Positions 25,030 to 38,700 of a DNA stretch of 64,000 nt are shown piece after piece. The stretch spans positions 8,062,001 to 8,126,000 of the forward strand of contig NC_045698.1 in NCBI RefSeq assembly GCF_009834535.1, read 5' to 3'. This stretch comes from Camelus ferus. Lineage: Eukaryota. The position numbers were made by a program, and so were the translations under genes. How positions within the stretch are numbered: the first letter of the stretch is position 1; the number at the start of each line of letters is the position of its first letter. The notes under the pieces were generated by a model. That model made no database searches. It was not told the DNA's origin and worked only from the letters and a program-made list of their open reading frames with translations.

Positions 25030-25240
25030 ACCACAGACACAGCCTTATTCTGAGCATCTTTCAAACACTGACTCTTTTCAGCTTCATAGCTCCCTGATGG
25101 GGCAGGCAGCATCACTATCATCTCCGTTTGACAGATGAGGAGACTGGTACGCACAGCATGTAAGTGGATGCCCCAGGACCTCACAGCGAGGAAGGAGCAG
25201 AGGAAGGAGGCAAACACAGCATCCAACCTCCAGTCCTGGC
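25030..25240 (-). mobile_element. MIR SINE
   Basis: Motifs ctatcatctccgtttgacagatgaggagactg...gccccaggacctcacagcgagga. Confidence 0.7.
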
Positions 25241-25419
25241 TTTTCACACCTGTGCTCTGCCCCCGTCTCCCTCCCTCGGTCCCTCCCCACTTCCAGGGCC
25301 CCAGGAGCTTTCAGTCTTCTCAAGTGTGCCTCCCACCCTCCCCTCTTCTTGATGACATCCCTGCAGCCACTTGGCCAGGCTGGTGCTGGTGGCTCACTGA
25401 TCACAACTTATTGAATTCT

Positions 25420-26205
25420 TTATTATTTATGCATCCTTCCCACACTCAGCAGCCTCCCTCCCACTCCTTCTCTTTCATAAGTGTTTCTCAGTTCTGCCAG
25501 GAGCAGGGTACAGGGTTCGGACAGTGACGCCGTGGCCGTCCCATGCCAGCAAGGCGCACTCACACCTGAAGCACAGCTGCGGACACGGTGCGCCGTCCAG
25601 GGGGAAGGTTAAGGATGCCAGGAAGGCTTTTAATAAAGAACGCGATTTAGACGGGCACGTGGTGGTGACGGATAAGAACGTGCTTCTCTTGTGCACACCT
25701 GAGAGCTGAGTAGGGTCGGCCCAGGGAGAACGGTGGGGAGTGTCCAAGGCCGAGGGATGCGCCCCCAGGAAGGCCTCAGATGGAAACGAGGCAGGCCCGC
25801 GCACGGCACTGAACAAAGGCCTCCCAGGCTGGCTCAGGATGCTCAGGATGAAGGCAGATGTGACAGGTGGATGAGATGAGGTCCAGGCAGACAGGATCAG
25901 GCACACTCTTAGAGGGCATTTTTTGTATGACTTCAGACTTGATCTTAAAGGTAATGGGAAGACAATGAAGAAAGGATTTGCACTGGGGAAGAGCAAGCCA
26001 ATTTCCATAATTAAAAATAAATATTCTGTGTGCTGTGAGAAGAAGGCACTAGAAGGGAGCAGGGCAAGATGCGTGAAGACGTCAGCGAGGAGGCTGGTTC
26101 GCAGTGGCGCAGGCAGGAGCAGGTGCGAGCTCGGCGCAGGGACGTGCAGGTGCAGTTGAACATGACTGAACAGATTTGCACCGAAGCTGGAGGGTAGATA
26201 TGGGC
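25420..26205 (-). mobile_element. L2 fragment, GC/CpG-rich
   Basis: Motifs ggaaggcctcagatgga, aaaggcctcccagg, gacttgatcttaaaggtaatgggaag, gaggaggctggtt.gcagt. Confidence 0.65.
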
Positions 26206-26258
26206 AAATGGTTGTTCTCAGTAAACATGTGGGTGAATTAAAAAGAATGGGCTCTCTG

Positions 26259-27006
26259 AAAAGGGAACCCTCCTACACTGCTGGTGGGAATGTAATTTGT
26301 TGCAGTCACTATGAAGAATAGTGTGGAGATTCCTTTGAAAAGTAAAAATAGACTCACCATATGACTCCACCAATCCCTCTCCTGGGCATGTATCTGGAGA
26401 AAACTCTAATTTGAAAAGATACATGAACCCCAATGTTCATAGCAGCACTATTTACAACAGCCAAGACATGGAAACAACCTAAATGTCCACCGACAGATGA
26501 CTGGATAAAAAAGCTGTGGTATATATATATAATGGAATACAACTCAGCCATAAAAAGGAATGAAATGATGCCATTTGCAGCAACATGGATGGACCTAGAG
26601 ATGATCATACCAAGTGAAGTAAGCCAGAAAGAGGGAGAGAAATACCACATGATATCATTTATATATGGAATCTAAAAAATGATACAAATGAATTTACAAA
26701 ACATAAACCGACTTACAGACATAAAAAACAAATTTATGGTTATCAAAGGGGGAAGGGTGGGGGGATAAAAGAGGATTTTGGGATTAGCAGATACTAACTA
26801 CTATATATAAAATAGGTAGACAACAAGGTCCTACTATATAGCACAGGGAACTATCTTCAATATCTTGTAATAGCCTATAATGAAAAAGAATATGAAAAAG
26901 TGTATATATATATATATAACTGAATCACCATGCTGTATACCAAAAATCAACACAACTTTATAAACCAACTATACGTCAATAAAAAAGTTTTTAAAGGAAA
27001 AAAAAA
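26259..27006 (+). mobile_element. 5'-truncated L1 (ORF2 C-terminus, 3' UTR, poly(A))
   Basis: Peptide MFIAALFTTAKTWKQPKCP...FAATWMDLEMII.SEVSQKE. 18-bp TSD aaaagaatgg(g/a)ctctctg at 26241-26258 and 27007-27024, at a TT|AAAA endonuclease site. Confidence 0.95.
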
Positions 27007-28562
27007 AAAAGAATGGACTCTCTGCTTCATCTCTTCCTTCTTTTATTCATCCTGCTCCTAGATTTCTATTTCTAAAGTTAAGTCTGATGTCACTCTGCCT
27101 GCAACAATAATACCCACATTTCTGAAGATGGTAGTTTCTAAAACCTCAGTGTTCTCCTCCAAGGTGCCCATCCTTCCCATCACAGGACCCAGCCCTGCCA
27201 ACAGACCCCTGGCTGCCATCACTGAGCATCTTCCCCACTCTGTCTGCCAGGGTTGCATTCCCCTCCCTCCACCTCCAAACCCGACTCATCCTTCAAAGCT
27301 TGGTGGAAATGTCTGGTCTGTAGTCTTTCTAATTCCCCAGTGGGAGTTAACCCCTCTTTCTCCTCTTTTCTCCATCAGCATATTTTCTCAAGCATATATA
27401 AACCGAGGAAGGCAGGCACTGGAACCCGTCCCATGCCATTGGTATGACAATGCATTATACATAGTTACCAGATTATCTCCATAGCTTTTTTCTGCCTTGA
27501 GTTATTTGGCAATAGATCAGAAGCCAGATGCTTCCATCAACGTTGTTAGGAAAATAGGCTCCCTGGGCTGTGTGGGGGTGAAGCCAGGGGTGTCTGTTTT
27601 TCTATAGCCATTTTTTAATTGAAAAGGTACCAGAATCATCATATCATCCCTTGGATGAAGAATCAAGCTATTCATCATTCAGTTGCCTTGGAAACAGGAA
27701 GAATTTAGCTTTCTTGATCTGCTATCTTTACAGAACGTACGGGTTCAACTTGGGCCCTGTTATGCAAGGCACAGCTATCTTTAAAATGTAGGGGTGTGCT
27801 TTTATATCCACACGTATGCACAGGACTGTCTGATGCTTTGATCTTTCACTGTGTTGCTGAGTCAAAATGCCTGAAAGGTTGGGCTTGCATTGTGCCCAAT
27901 GAAAAGGCAGAGAGAACCAAGTCTGATCTCAAATTCATATAATCCAGTCTTCATAGTGACAGCTCCACATTCTGCTTCACAACTGAGGATTACCACCTTC
28001 CCGGGGACTGTGCTTCCCGTCTGTAGCCCTCTCCGGGACAACACAGTGTCCCGGAGTTCCAGGAGGTGCCCGCCGACCTGACTGCTGTCCCTGACGTGGT
28101 GGGCCCCTGAGGACGCCACGTGCCAGTGAGACGAAGCTACTTTGCTCAAAGTGAGACGTCAAGGCTCTTTTCCTGAACTGCCTCGAGTCACTTATCAGTC
28201 CCCGGGGTCAAAGTAGTCTCCATGGTTTATCTTGACTCTTTCCACACGCCACACTCAGAAGTGGTTTTATCCCCTCTTTCTCTGCTTTTGAGTCAGTAAC
28301 GAAGTGAGACTAGATCAGAGTCCATGTCCCTGAGATAATACCCAAACCACAGAGAAGTGCGTGTGTGTGAGCATATGGTTATGTGTGTGCATGTGTGTGT
28401 GTGCATGTGTTCACGGATGCAGAGCACAAAGCAAAGGGGCCAACTGGTGGAGGCAACGTTGAAAGGAATATCTTCTTATTCTCCCATTAGGCCACATGAG
28501 GCCCTCTTTGTGATGAACATGTGGTAAAGAGAGTAATGGGCCAAGGGGCTAATGGAAACTCC

Positions 28563-28653
28563 CTAGGGTCAGGGTCAGGGTCAGGGTTAGGTTAGGGTTA
28601 GGGTTAGGATTAGGGTTAAGGTGAGTGTTAGTTTTAGGGTAAGTGTGAGTGTT
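28563..28653 (+). repeat. Short interstitial telomere-like repeat
   Basis: CTAGGG (TCAGGG)3 TTAGG (TTAGGG)2 TTAGGA TTAGGG TTAAGG, then a degenerate tail including TTTTAGGG. Confidence 0.85.
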
Positions 28654-29041
28654 GCCGAAGCTTTTGAAATGGAATCCTTTTATGCTCCTGTTAAATGGTG
28701 CTCAATAAACAATTTTCTACGGGAAAAAATCAGTTCCATAAGAAAGCATCAGTACGTAGTTTGGTTTAACTACATAAAAAATGTGGATTAGAGAAGATTT
28801 TGCAGAATAAAGAAAATTCATCACTTTTAAGTACATTCATTACATTGGACTCACAGTGCTGCCTATTAAAAGCCCTGCTTTAATCACTGCATGTGAAAAT
28901 GTTGTGTAATTAGTGTTTTAAATTGCATGCCTGAGAAACATGACCCTTTACTTAGATTATAATTACATTTTTTTTAAATCAAGCTGTCAATCTATTGCAT
29001 TTGCAAACCTGCTTGTAACTTACCACATATTGGTTTAGAAG

Positions 29042-29232
29042 CAGGGGGTAAGCAATCTTTTTCTGGAAAGATCCAGAGCGTAAAGATTTGAGGTTTTGCG
29101 GGACAGTCTCACACTTACTCAGCTCCTCCTTGTAGTGCAAAAACAGCCAGACAACACACTAAAAAGTGAGCATGGCTGTGCTACGATAAAACTTTATTTA
29201 AAACTCCGGCTGTCAGCCGGATCTGTCAATCT
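29042..29232. mobile_element. MER58A hAT MITE
   Basis: Motifs caggggg.aagcaa.ctttttctg.aaag..ccaga..gtaaa.attt.agg.tttgcggg...gagcatggctgtg...ataaaactttattta. Confidence 0.85.
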
Positions 29233-31251
29233 GGATTTAGGGAACGTGGGTTCACGTCCCGCCCAGGATCCATTAACCCAAAACTCAAAATTAGTGATGA
29301 ACTGCAAGCAATGTAAAGTTTCTGTTAATGTTTAAATTCTTTTTTATTTTGTAAGATGAATTTAGCTGCATTCAAGGCAAAAACAATCAGAAGCAATTAA
29401 TAATGATGCAAATCCAGGCAATGTTTGTAATGGCTTAGATCTTCCGTTTGGATGTACCACAGTCTATCTGCTTCATTTATTAACAAATATTTGAGCTCTT
29501 CCAGTGGGCTGGGCCCTGTGCTTGGTGGTGGGTAAAGAGAAATAAACCCAACTACCCACTAGCAGGGCTCCTGCTCCCGCGGGGTCTGAAAGCTTTCAGT
29601 GCCTTGTTCATTGCAACTCGAGCGCTGAGGCCGCCTGGCGCCTAGTAGGCGTTCAAAACACCTCTGTTGACTGACTGAACTGCTGCAGCCTGTCTGACAC
29701 AGCTGAAGTGAGTCCTTATCTTCCCCTCAGACTTAATTCCTCCTCCTGCCTTCATGGCTTCTATTTATAACTTTGTTTTCTAAGGTTTAAAACCCCGAAG
29801 TCATCTCTGGTGACGGCGCCCGGATCCAACCCCTCCCCTCCATCCCACACGCTGTAATCACGGTAATCTTCCTACAACTCAGCCCTAATTCTGTCAGTCC
29901 TCATTCATAACACCTGGGGAGTCGTCCTTTACTTTCAAAGACAAAGGCCCATGGCTCTCTGATGTGGACAGCGTCCCCGGGGCCCAGGTTCCCCTGTGCT
30001 CTCCCTCTGACTTTCCTGGTGACTCGCCCCAGTGGGTCCCCCTCTCATGACCCTCCTACCCTGTGAGACACTGGCACCACTCCCCGCCTCCCACCGCAGC
30101 ACCCTGGACAGCTTGGCGTTTTATCCTTCCAGGATAACTTTATCTCCACTTCAAAACACTATTAAAATCAATTTCCACCCCCCTCCACCCTCCTCCTTGT
30201 GGAGAATTACAGGACGCCGGCATTGCCTGTGCTCCACAGCGCCCTTCGTCCTGACTGCATCCTGCTGGAGCAGGTGGAAATCTGAACATCACTAATCTTT
30301 GGTGCAGAAAAGCGACTGCCTCCTTTTCCTCTCAATAAACACCAGTTGGTTCCAGAGCGTCTCTATTTGCTTGAGTCTGACACTGTCTTCCATCCTGTTC
30401 AGAATCTGGTGCTTTTTCAGTTCCAGTCAACTCCGAGAGACATGTCTGATTTTCAACCCTGTCACCCAGAGGAAAAACCTCTTGTTCAGAGCGCTTTCCC
30501 CTCCCCCCTCTCCTCCCTGAGCAGGACATGGGTCATCGGCAGGGAGCAGGGCTGCAGGCTCCACGGTGCCGAGGTCCAAAGGGTAGCAGGGACTCCAGCC
30601 TCAAGGACGGCACCCCTCTTGGCCTTCCTGGTCCCACTTTCTCCTTCAAGCCCCGATACTCCGGACCCTTCTGCAGGGATCCTGTGGAAGTGTCTGGAAT
30701 CCCTGCAGGAGAGGGGAGGTCCTACCGCGCCAGGCTGCTGTCCCACTCTACTTGGGCCCTCCCAGAATTCCACCTGGGACAACCACCAGCTCCTCTCTGG
30801 GGTTTCTGACATGTCACCCCTACCCAACCTGGCTGAACCCCAGGCAGGGGATGGGGCCTGCTGGGTGCCTTCCTGAGGGTCCCAGGCAGCGGCAAACTCC
30901 AGACTCACCGCCTCTGAATTTCCGGACCCTCTGACTCCTACCTGATCTTTCAACTTCTTTCCAGAATTCAGGAAGTCTACTCTGGTGTTCTCTCTGGATT
31001 CCTGCCTGCTCTCCGGTCAGCCTCCAGCTGTGGTTTGGGGACCCCGTAAGTCTTCTCTCCCTATCTACATCACAGCCTGCCTTCTTAAAATCAAAGAATC
31101 TTACTGGCAAACTAAAACTTAGTTAACCACTTTTAAATATTTGTTTGCAGCTTAAAGTTGATCAGCCATCTTCTGGTTCCTGGATCTCTCTCTTGGTGAA
31201 GAAGTGAGTATCTTGGCTGCAGTGGGGAAGGGGGCAACCAGGTGTGGCTGG

Positions 31252-31430
31252 TGGCATTGCCAGATACAATACAGGATGCTCAGTGAAATGTGACTTTCTG
31301 GCAAACAATTGATAGATTTTTAGCATAAGTATGTCCAAAATATTGTGTAGATCATATGGTACTAAATATAAATGACTGTTTATCTGAAATTTGAATTTAA
31401 CTGGGCGTCACGTATTTTAATTTTGCTCCA
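31252..31430. mobile_element. MER53 palindromic hAT MITE (second copy)
   Basis: Motifs ttgccagata.aatacaggatgc.cagt.aaat ... tagcataagtatgtcc.aaatattg ... tttatctgaaatttgaatttaactgggcgtc. Confidence 0.85.
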
Positions 31431-32544
31431 AAAATAATTATTAAATCTAATTTCCCAGTTTCTCTATTCGATTATGGGCACAAGAATTCTAAATAGAAAC
31501 AGGTGTGGCTAGTAGCTGACGATTCACCAGGAACAAAAGACATTAGTTTAATATTTTCAAAATTACGGTCTTTATACTACATTGAACTATAAAAAGTGGA
31601 GCAGATAAAACAATAACCCCATAGGGTGATCTCTTTAATAGAGGAGTACAGCTTTTTGTTATCATTTTATTAAAGATGCTACAATTTAGGGATTAGTGGA
31701 GACCTTAAATTATCTTATACTCCATGTTTCTAAAATATTACACTAATTTATAAATAATTCTATACTGTTGACTTTTTTTTGCATTTCACCAGCTTTTATA
31801 GTAAAATATCAGGGCAGTTTTTATTTTAGAATTGTCATTGTTAGCACAACTGGAAAGAATCATTGGAAAATTACAATGAATAATATTTCTATTTAATATG
31901 TATTATCAATACATATATAAATGAGGATATATATTTATGTTAAACACAGGAAATTCAGGGATCAATTGATTTTTGTGACTGGTTGACAGAAATACACAGC
32001 ATTTCAACTTTTCCCCTCAGTAATTCTGAGAGCTAATTGATTCTGTAGAACATGCTGGAGTTGTTATTAAAAACTTCTATTTTCAGTGTTCTAGTTCAAT
32101 GACATACTCATTGGTCCAGACTGGGCAGGCTTTGCCTTGGCCATGGAAATGGATGGTTAAAATTCCTAGTCTCTGGTTGGTTCTACACAGTAAGCCTGAC
32201 GGCAGAGTTTGACTTGAGTGAATCTGTAAATGACATTGGGCTGGAACACTCAGATGTCTTCTAGCCAGTGGACAGAAATTAATTTCAGATAATTCTCTAG
32301 CAGTTAATAAAAAAGGCCACTTTTGGCTATTATTCACCTGGACTAACGTGCTTCCAGAGACCAAGGGTAAGAGACATTTGATACCATTCATTAGGATTTC
32401 TTTTTACAGTTCTTTTTATTATGAAGACTTCTAAAGGTTAAAACTGATTCCAGACCTCAACTAAAAGGTTATAGCCAAGAAAAAAGTACTATCTCCGGAA
32501 TATCTAATTGGCCATATTTTTTTTAAGTTGAAAATCAGGATCAA

Positions 32545-32790
32545 CACGACCATTTATTGAACTCTCATTAGCAGCCAGATATATCCTAAGCACTTAAGAT
32601 CCAATTATCTTTTTTAATCCTTAAAAGAGCTCCATGAGGGAGGCAGTATTGCTTTATCCCCATGTGACAGACCAAGAAACTGAGTTTATTAAGGTTTATC
32701 ACCTAGCTTAGGGTCACACAGCCAGTTAGCAAATGGGGACTTGCACCCATTTACCGTAGATTCTGCAGTTTCATCTGCTGTATGCCATTT
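32545..32790 (-). mobile_element. MIR SINE
   Basis: Motifs catttattgaac...tttaatcct...tatccccatgtgacagaccaagaaactgag...gggtcacacagccagttag. Confidence 0.75.
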
Positions 32791-33599
32791 ACTATATCCT
32801 CTCTTCCCTGATAACAGCTTCTGTGCCTCTGGCAGCATCGTCAGCTAGAAAAATAAGACTTTAATTCCCAGAAAGCACACTTAGGAACATTCTTGCATAA
32901 TTTCTAAATCTTATTACTTCTTGTCTCGTTTTTTGCCTACAATATATAATAGATTCCAAATGACACCCTGGATTGAATTTTGAACACCTCACAAATCTTT
33001 ATGCCTTCCTATATTGTACTCTGTCCTTTTAAAGTACAGTTCTCGAGCTAATCATTAGTCATTTGTAATTATCTTTTCACTTGAACTAATTCCTTTCAGC
33101 CAAGAGCATATCTTCTACACAAGGTGCTTTCAAATTCTGAATATCACCATTCCTTTACATTCAAGTGATGATTATTATTTTATGTAATATATAACATAGA
33201 ATTTTAAAGCAGCGCTTCTCAACCTGGAGTTCCCAGATCTCTGGATGGAATTCCCTAGCCCTCAAGTTAACAGCGGAATTCTAGATGGAATGTTGCCAAT
33301 ATATGTGAATAAAGACAAAGTTGGTACTGTGAAGACGTCCACAGCTTTCACTAGATTTTTTTTTTTTTTTTTTGGAGTCCACGACTTCAGGTGTAGTACC
33401 GAAGGATTAAGGTACTAAAATAATACCTGGATTTTAACTCTACTTTGTACTGGAGCTCCTGCCAAAGCTGAGCAGAGTCCTCGGGTTAAGAGTTAGCCTC
33501 AGCCCTTGGACCCCTGCCAGGGGCAAGTGTGGTGTCCCAGAGGTGCTCAGAGGTGCCCAGGAACCTTTTGTCCCCCGGGTGGATCTTCAGGATTTGAGT

Positions 33600-35710
33600 T
33601 TCAGACTCCTGACTTCGACAGACTCAGGTAACCTTATTATTTCTTTGAAAACACAAGGAGGCCTTCAACATGCAGACCCTCTCACTTTCCACTATCCATC
33701 ACCTACGTGGCGCTGTCCCCAGCAGCCAACACAGAGCCTAGCTGCATCCACCTCATATTCCTCAGTCCCTCCACTGTCACCTGGCAGAATGCATAGCCTG
33801 GTGACATCTGGCTGGCTGTCTACTCTGCCTTGGGTCATGAATATCACTGAAGATGACCCCTAAGCCAAGCCACGGGGCCTCTCTTTAGCCTTTGACCACT
33901 CACCTCAAGTGGGCTTTCAGTCCTGCTCCAAAATCCCGCATCTGTTCTGCAGTCCGTGCACCCTCCAGCTCCCTGCGATGTGAGCTCACACCTGCTGCCC
34001 GACCCCCCAGCTCCCAAGGCCCCCACCAAGCTCCACTGAGAACCTGGCTCTTATCTTCGCTAGAAAACAAAAGCAGGCCCCCTCTCTTCACCAGACCTTG
34101 CAATCCAACTATGTCTGCACCAATCTCCTCTGCCTTTCCTTTTCTTCAAGTTAATAAACCGTCCCCGTACCCTTTGGTGCCACTAAATCCACTCTCCCAG
34201 ATGCAAGGTCCTTACCTACAATTCTTCCTCTCTCCTGCATCACTAATCTGTAATCCTTCTTCTGGGCCATTCCCACCAGCATTAAAACATGCTGTAAAAT
34301 CTCTTGTCTGAAATAAAACCAAGCAAGCATGTGCGCGTGCGCACTCTTGACCCTACACATACCTCTAGGTACTGCACTATTTTCCTTTCTCTGCTCTCTT
34401 TAGGAAAAAAAAATTCCTACAAATGTCTAAATTGATAATAGTACCAAAAAGAAAATATTCGTAATGATAGCAAACACCTACGTAATGCCAAACCCTGTTT
34501 TAATTAAGTATTTTGCACATCTTATCTGGTTACTCCACCCAACAATCCTATTGCTGTTAACAATGAGGCGAGGGCTGTTACCATCCTTGTTCTACATGTG
34601 AAACCAGACTGAGTCACAAAGAGGTTAAACGACTAGTCCAAGGTCACATCAGCCAGGACCCAGATGAGCTAAGATGCAAACCAAGGTAGCTCACACTTTC
34701 AACTGCAGACTCTACTGTCTCTCTGAATATTATCCACATTTGATGCCTACATTTCCTTACCCGTACTCTGCTGGATCCAGTAAATTCAGGGCTGAGCACC
34801 CTGCCCCCTAAAACCTCATGCTGTGAAATCCAATGACTAATTCTCAGTCCTCATCGTCCTGGTCCTGTCAGCAGCAGTGGCAACCCGGATTACTTCCTCT
34901 TTCTCTGGCTGCTGTCTTCTAGATGCCAGAACACGGCATTGCCCTTGGTCTCCTAGCTCACTCCGTTTTCCCTGTGAGAGCCTCTGCTCTTCCAAGCCTT
35001 TACAGCTGTGAGGGCCCCTGCATATCTTCTCTTGTTTCTCGGTTTGGGATTTACATGCTGCTAATTCCCAAAGTTTTTTCTCACCTACCCCCTCAAGCTC
35101 CAACGGCCAGGCTCCACTTGGATATAAAATAGTATCTCAAAAAAAAAAAAAAAATGGACAAGCCTCAACCTGTTTCCACCTCCCCCTTCCTCCGGCCTCC
35201 CAACCTGGGTATCTCCTGGAATCGCCCATCTTAGGAAGCAGAATCAGGACAGAACCACAGCAGTTGTCCTTACCTCCTCCTTGTTTCTAAAACTCTAAAT
35301 TCAATTCTCCAGTCTGTCCTTGGGGCCCCAACTTCAACATACTTTAATTCACAAGCACCAACCAGGTCTGTGCCTCAGGGCCCTTGCACTGCCTGCTGCC
35401 AGCAGCTCAAATGCTCTTCTCCCAGATGTCCTCTCTTACTTGTCTCTATTCAAATGTCACTTCCATAGAAAACCTTTCCCTACTGCCTTGTGTAGAGCAG
35501 CACCCCGCTTAATTCTCCAGCACCTTATCTTGTTCTATTTTCTTCAGAACACTTTATCTACTTGTGATTGTGGTTCTTTGTTTAATGTCCCTTTCCTCTG
35601 ACTACTACGTAAGCTCCAACAGAGTAGAAACAGTGTCTGTTTCCCAACACCAGGAACATCCACGGATGATGCTCTGATGCTCATGTAAGCATTTGTCAAA
35701 TAAAGAACGT
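33600..35710 (+). mobile_element. Long fragmented L2 with an internal MIR (about 34440-34720)
   Basis: Motifs ccagcattaaaacatgct, aaatccaatgac.aattctcagtcctcatc, ccacttggatat, cctcagggcccttgcact, ttcaaatgtcacttcc, taagctcca...gag.aga. Confidence 0.75.
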
Positions 35711-38700
35711 TAAGTGCCTACACCATGATTTTTTTGCAATATAGATATCTTTAGGATTACACAAAAGAAATATTTCTAAATTTAAAAATGTATGTTCAAC
35801 GAACATCCTAGTTAAAGTAATCCTGTCAAATCATTTGCAAAATTTTTTGCATGGCAAATCATAGGGCATGTCCACAGTTCTTGTCAGTGTTTCATATTTG
35901 GAGTTTCTATAAACGATGGTCAGAATATTTTAGTACATCCTACTCTACTCCAAAATGGATCTTGTATTTCCTATTGCCATGAAGCCATCATGCCCGCAGC
36001 CTCACCAAAGCAGCTGAAGAAGCCCATGCACTGACCAGGTATTTGAGAACACTGATCACACCTGAAAAGGAAATAATGCCCAGCGGTCTGTGCCATCCTA
36101 CGCGGAGTTCACCTGTGAGCTCACTGGTCACAGGCACTGCTAACTCGCATTCAACTGGCACAGTCTACTTACGGGAGAAGAAACCATCAGAAGGAAATTA
36201 AGTTGATGCTCAAATACATTTTGCGCAGCTCTCCTTTTTCTTTAGGTTTTGTCAATTCAGTTGACAGGTTTTGGCAGGAAAGAGTTCTTTAGGAATATTA
36301 ATACAGTTTGCTTTCACTCATATAAGTAAAGTTGCTTTAGTTTTTTTTTTTTCCTACTAGGTTTTCTGTTTATCTAAATATTGGTGTCCTCAGACAAACC
36401 ACTGACTAAATTATGGTTTAAAAAAAAAAAAAACTTCTGTGGGTGAAGAAATAGTTCTGAATATTAAATATTTAATCAGCCCACAAAATGAAAACGATAA
36501 GTACCTTAAAGCAGAACTGAAAAAAAATACTCTTTCATCTTCAAAAACTCTGGAAAGTAACACCAATTCTTAAGATTCAGGAAACAGAATTTAACGTAGC
36601 TTTATGTAACCTATTATCCAGCTTGATAAATATGTTGTCCTCAAAATATTATGCAATAAATTATATCTACTATGTTACAAATTCACACACATTATCCTTT
36701 CTCAAATAAATGCAAAGCTTCACAATGCACCGTAAAAATCAGCTTATCACCTTTCTGCAACATGTAACATAAAACAAAAGTGGGATCAGATCCACCACCA
36801 AGCAATTCAAACAGTTTGGGCTATCAGAAAAATTGACATAAAGATAGATAATATTTTGTGAAATAATGATCTTCTATACATGCACATTGCTGCACCAAAA
36901 AGATTTACTTTTCCATTTTTGTCACTTGCAGACGTGTATGCTAATAAAAATGATCAGGTCAAATCAATATTACAGTCCAGAGGTCACCCGCTGTGTTCTG
37001 CAGTATGACTGCTGGCCCACCGTTCTGGGGGCATCTCCCCACTCTGCCCAGGTGACAGCAGTAACTAGAGACAGGTTTAAAAGCTCCAGAGGACACTCAT
37101 CAAGCCAGAGACAAGTGGCTGTGATTTACTGCTAACATTACAGTATTTTTCAACACGCCTGCACATACTGCATTGAAGACGCAGTGTAATCACTGTAAAA
37201 CTCTTCCCAAATTATGGTCCTATCATTATAAGATACTTTGATAATGACGTAATAAAAGTCTAAAGTTGGGATTCTGAGAAGTTCATAAAAGAGAGAAAGT
37301 AACAGTTGAAAGAAAAAGATGGAAGTCGCATGAGGGAACAGACTGCTGGTGCTGGAGAGACTGGAGAAGTACAGGACCAGCCACGCCCACGCACGCGAAC
37401 GCAGTGAACAAGTGCTGGGTCAGGGTGTGGTCCTGGGTGGAGAGACTTTGAACACGGAAGACTGGCTCAGAGCGCTGTCCCTCACGTCTGATCCTGACGC
37501 AGAGGCCAGCTTCGAAGTCCGGCCCCACTTCTCCACCCCGTACGGCTTTGATTTGAGACACACGGAAATCTGATGACACCATCTCCCGGCTCGAAGTCCT
37601 TCAGAACAACGTGAAGGCTCACAGCACTGTGTCCGCTAGTCGTGTCCCGTCCCTCCGCCCCTCCATACATCTGTCTGCCAAGCTGGACAACTTCTGCTCC
37701 CTGCATGCGCCATCCTTTCCCTTTCATGTGAATCTCATCATCAGCCTGACTTAGGAATGGCCTCTTCTCCAAACACCTCCTGCAGTTTGCCCTGGAAAGC
37801 TTTCCCCACCTTTAAATATCCCTGCTCCGACTTCCGTAGCTAAGCGTTTTCACAGCACGTGTTACAGAATAGGAACGGAAGCTCTGCCATTTTCCACAGA
37901 CATCCCAAAGCTTCTTGAAAACATAGGGACATCTTAGTCATCTCTGTAATTTTAATGAGATCACAGTATCTGCTGCAGAGAATCTCGGATGACATAAGGA
38001 AGGCATAATTGCCTAAGAATATGTAATAAGCATTTGTGAATTGCCTCCAAAAAGATTAGCAACATAAATGTGCTATCCCACATAAAAGTTTCACTGAAAG
38101 TGTCATTTCTGTACATAAAATAGAAGCAAAGTTACATTGGGGTAATTCATGTTTTCAGTATTTTGTGGAATTGCACAGTAATATATATTCTGAGTGGCCC
38201 CTTGAATGCATTTACTGGGCAACCTCTTTTCATTTGGACAGCTACAGGATAAAAAGTTATTTTATTACAAGCAAGAGACTTAAATAACGTGTATGGTATA
38301 GAATGAAACTTACATTCAAAGTCAAAATAAATTTCTGTCAAAGTGTGGCTGTTCTCCTTCGGCAGGTAACAAAAGCACAGGTTATTTTTTTTTTTAATGA
38401 ATTTAATACTTTCGAAAGGCTTCTATGTGTACCTCCTCTGTACGGAGAGACCTGCCCTCCAGGGAATGCTACTGGGCATTTCACTGAAAGATATGTGTAA
38501 AGTTAGAGGTCAGAGGGCAAAAGTAACACAGTCTTCCGTTCTGTGGGCAGATACGATCATTTTTCAACAGTTCGTGTCCACGGCGTGGTTAATTTTATGA
38601 ATACATGAGATACTACTTTAGCACATGTGATATAGTTCTGATTTCTATCCACACACTCTGACTCATATTCAAAGCATCTTGAAAGTCAGGGAGTCACACA

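Noticed and set aside
30299..31110. Cluster of overlapping ORFs up to 176 aa
   Set aside because: GC-rich sequence poor in stop codons, with no recognisable homology or exon structure.
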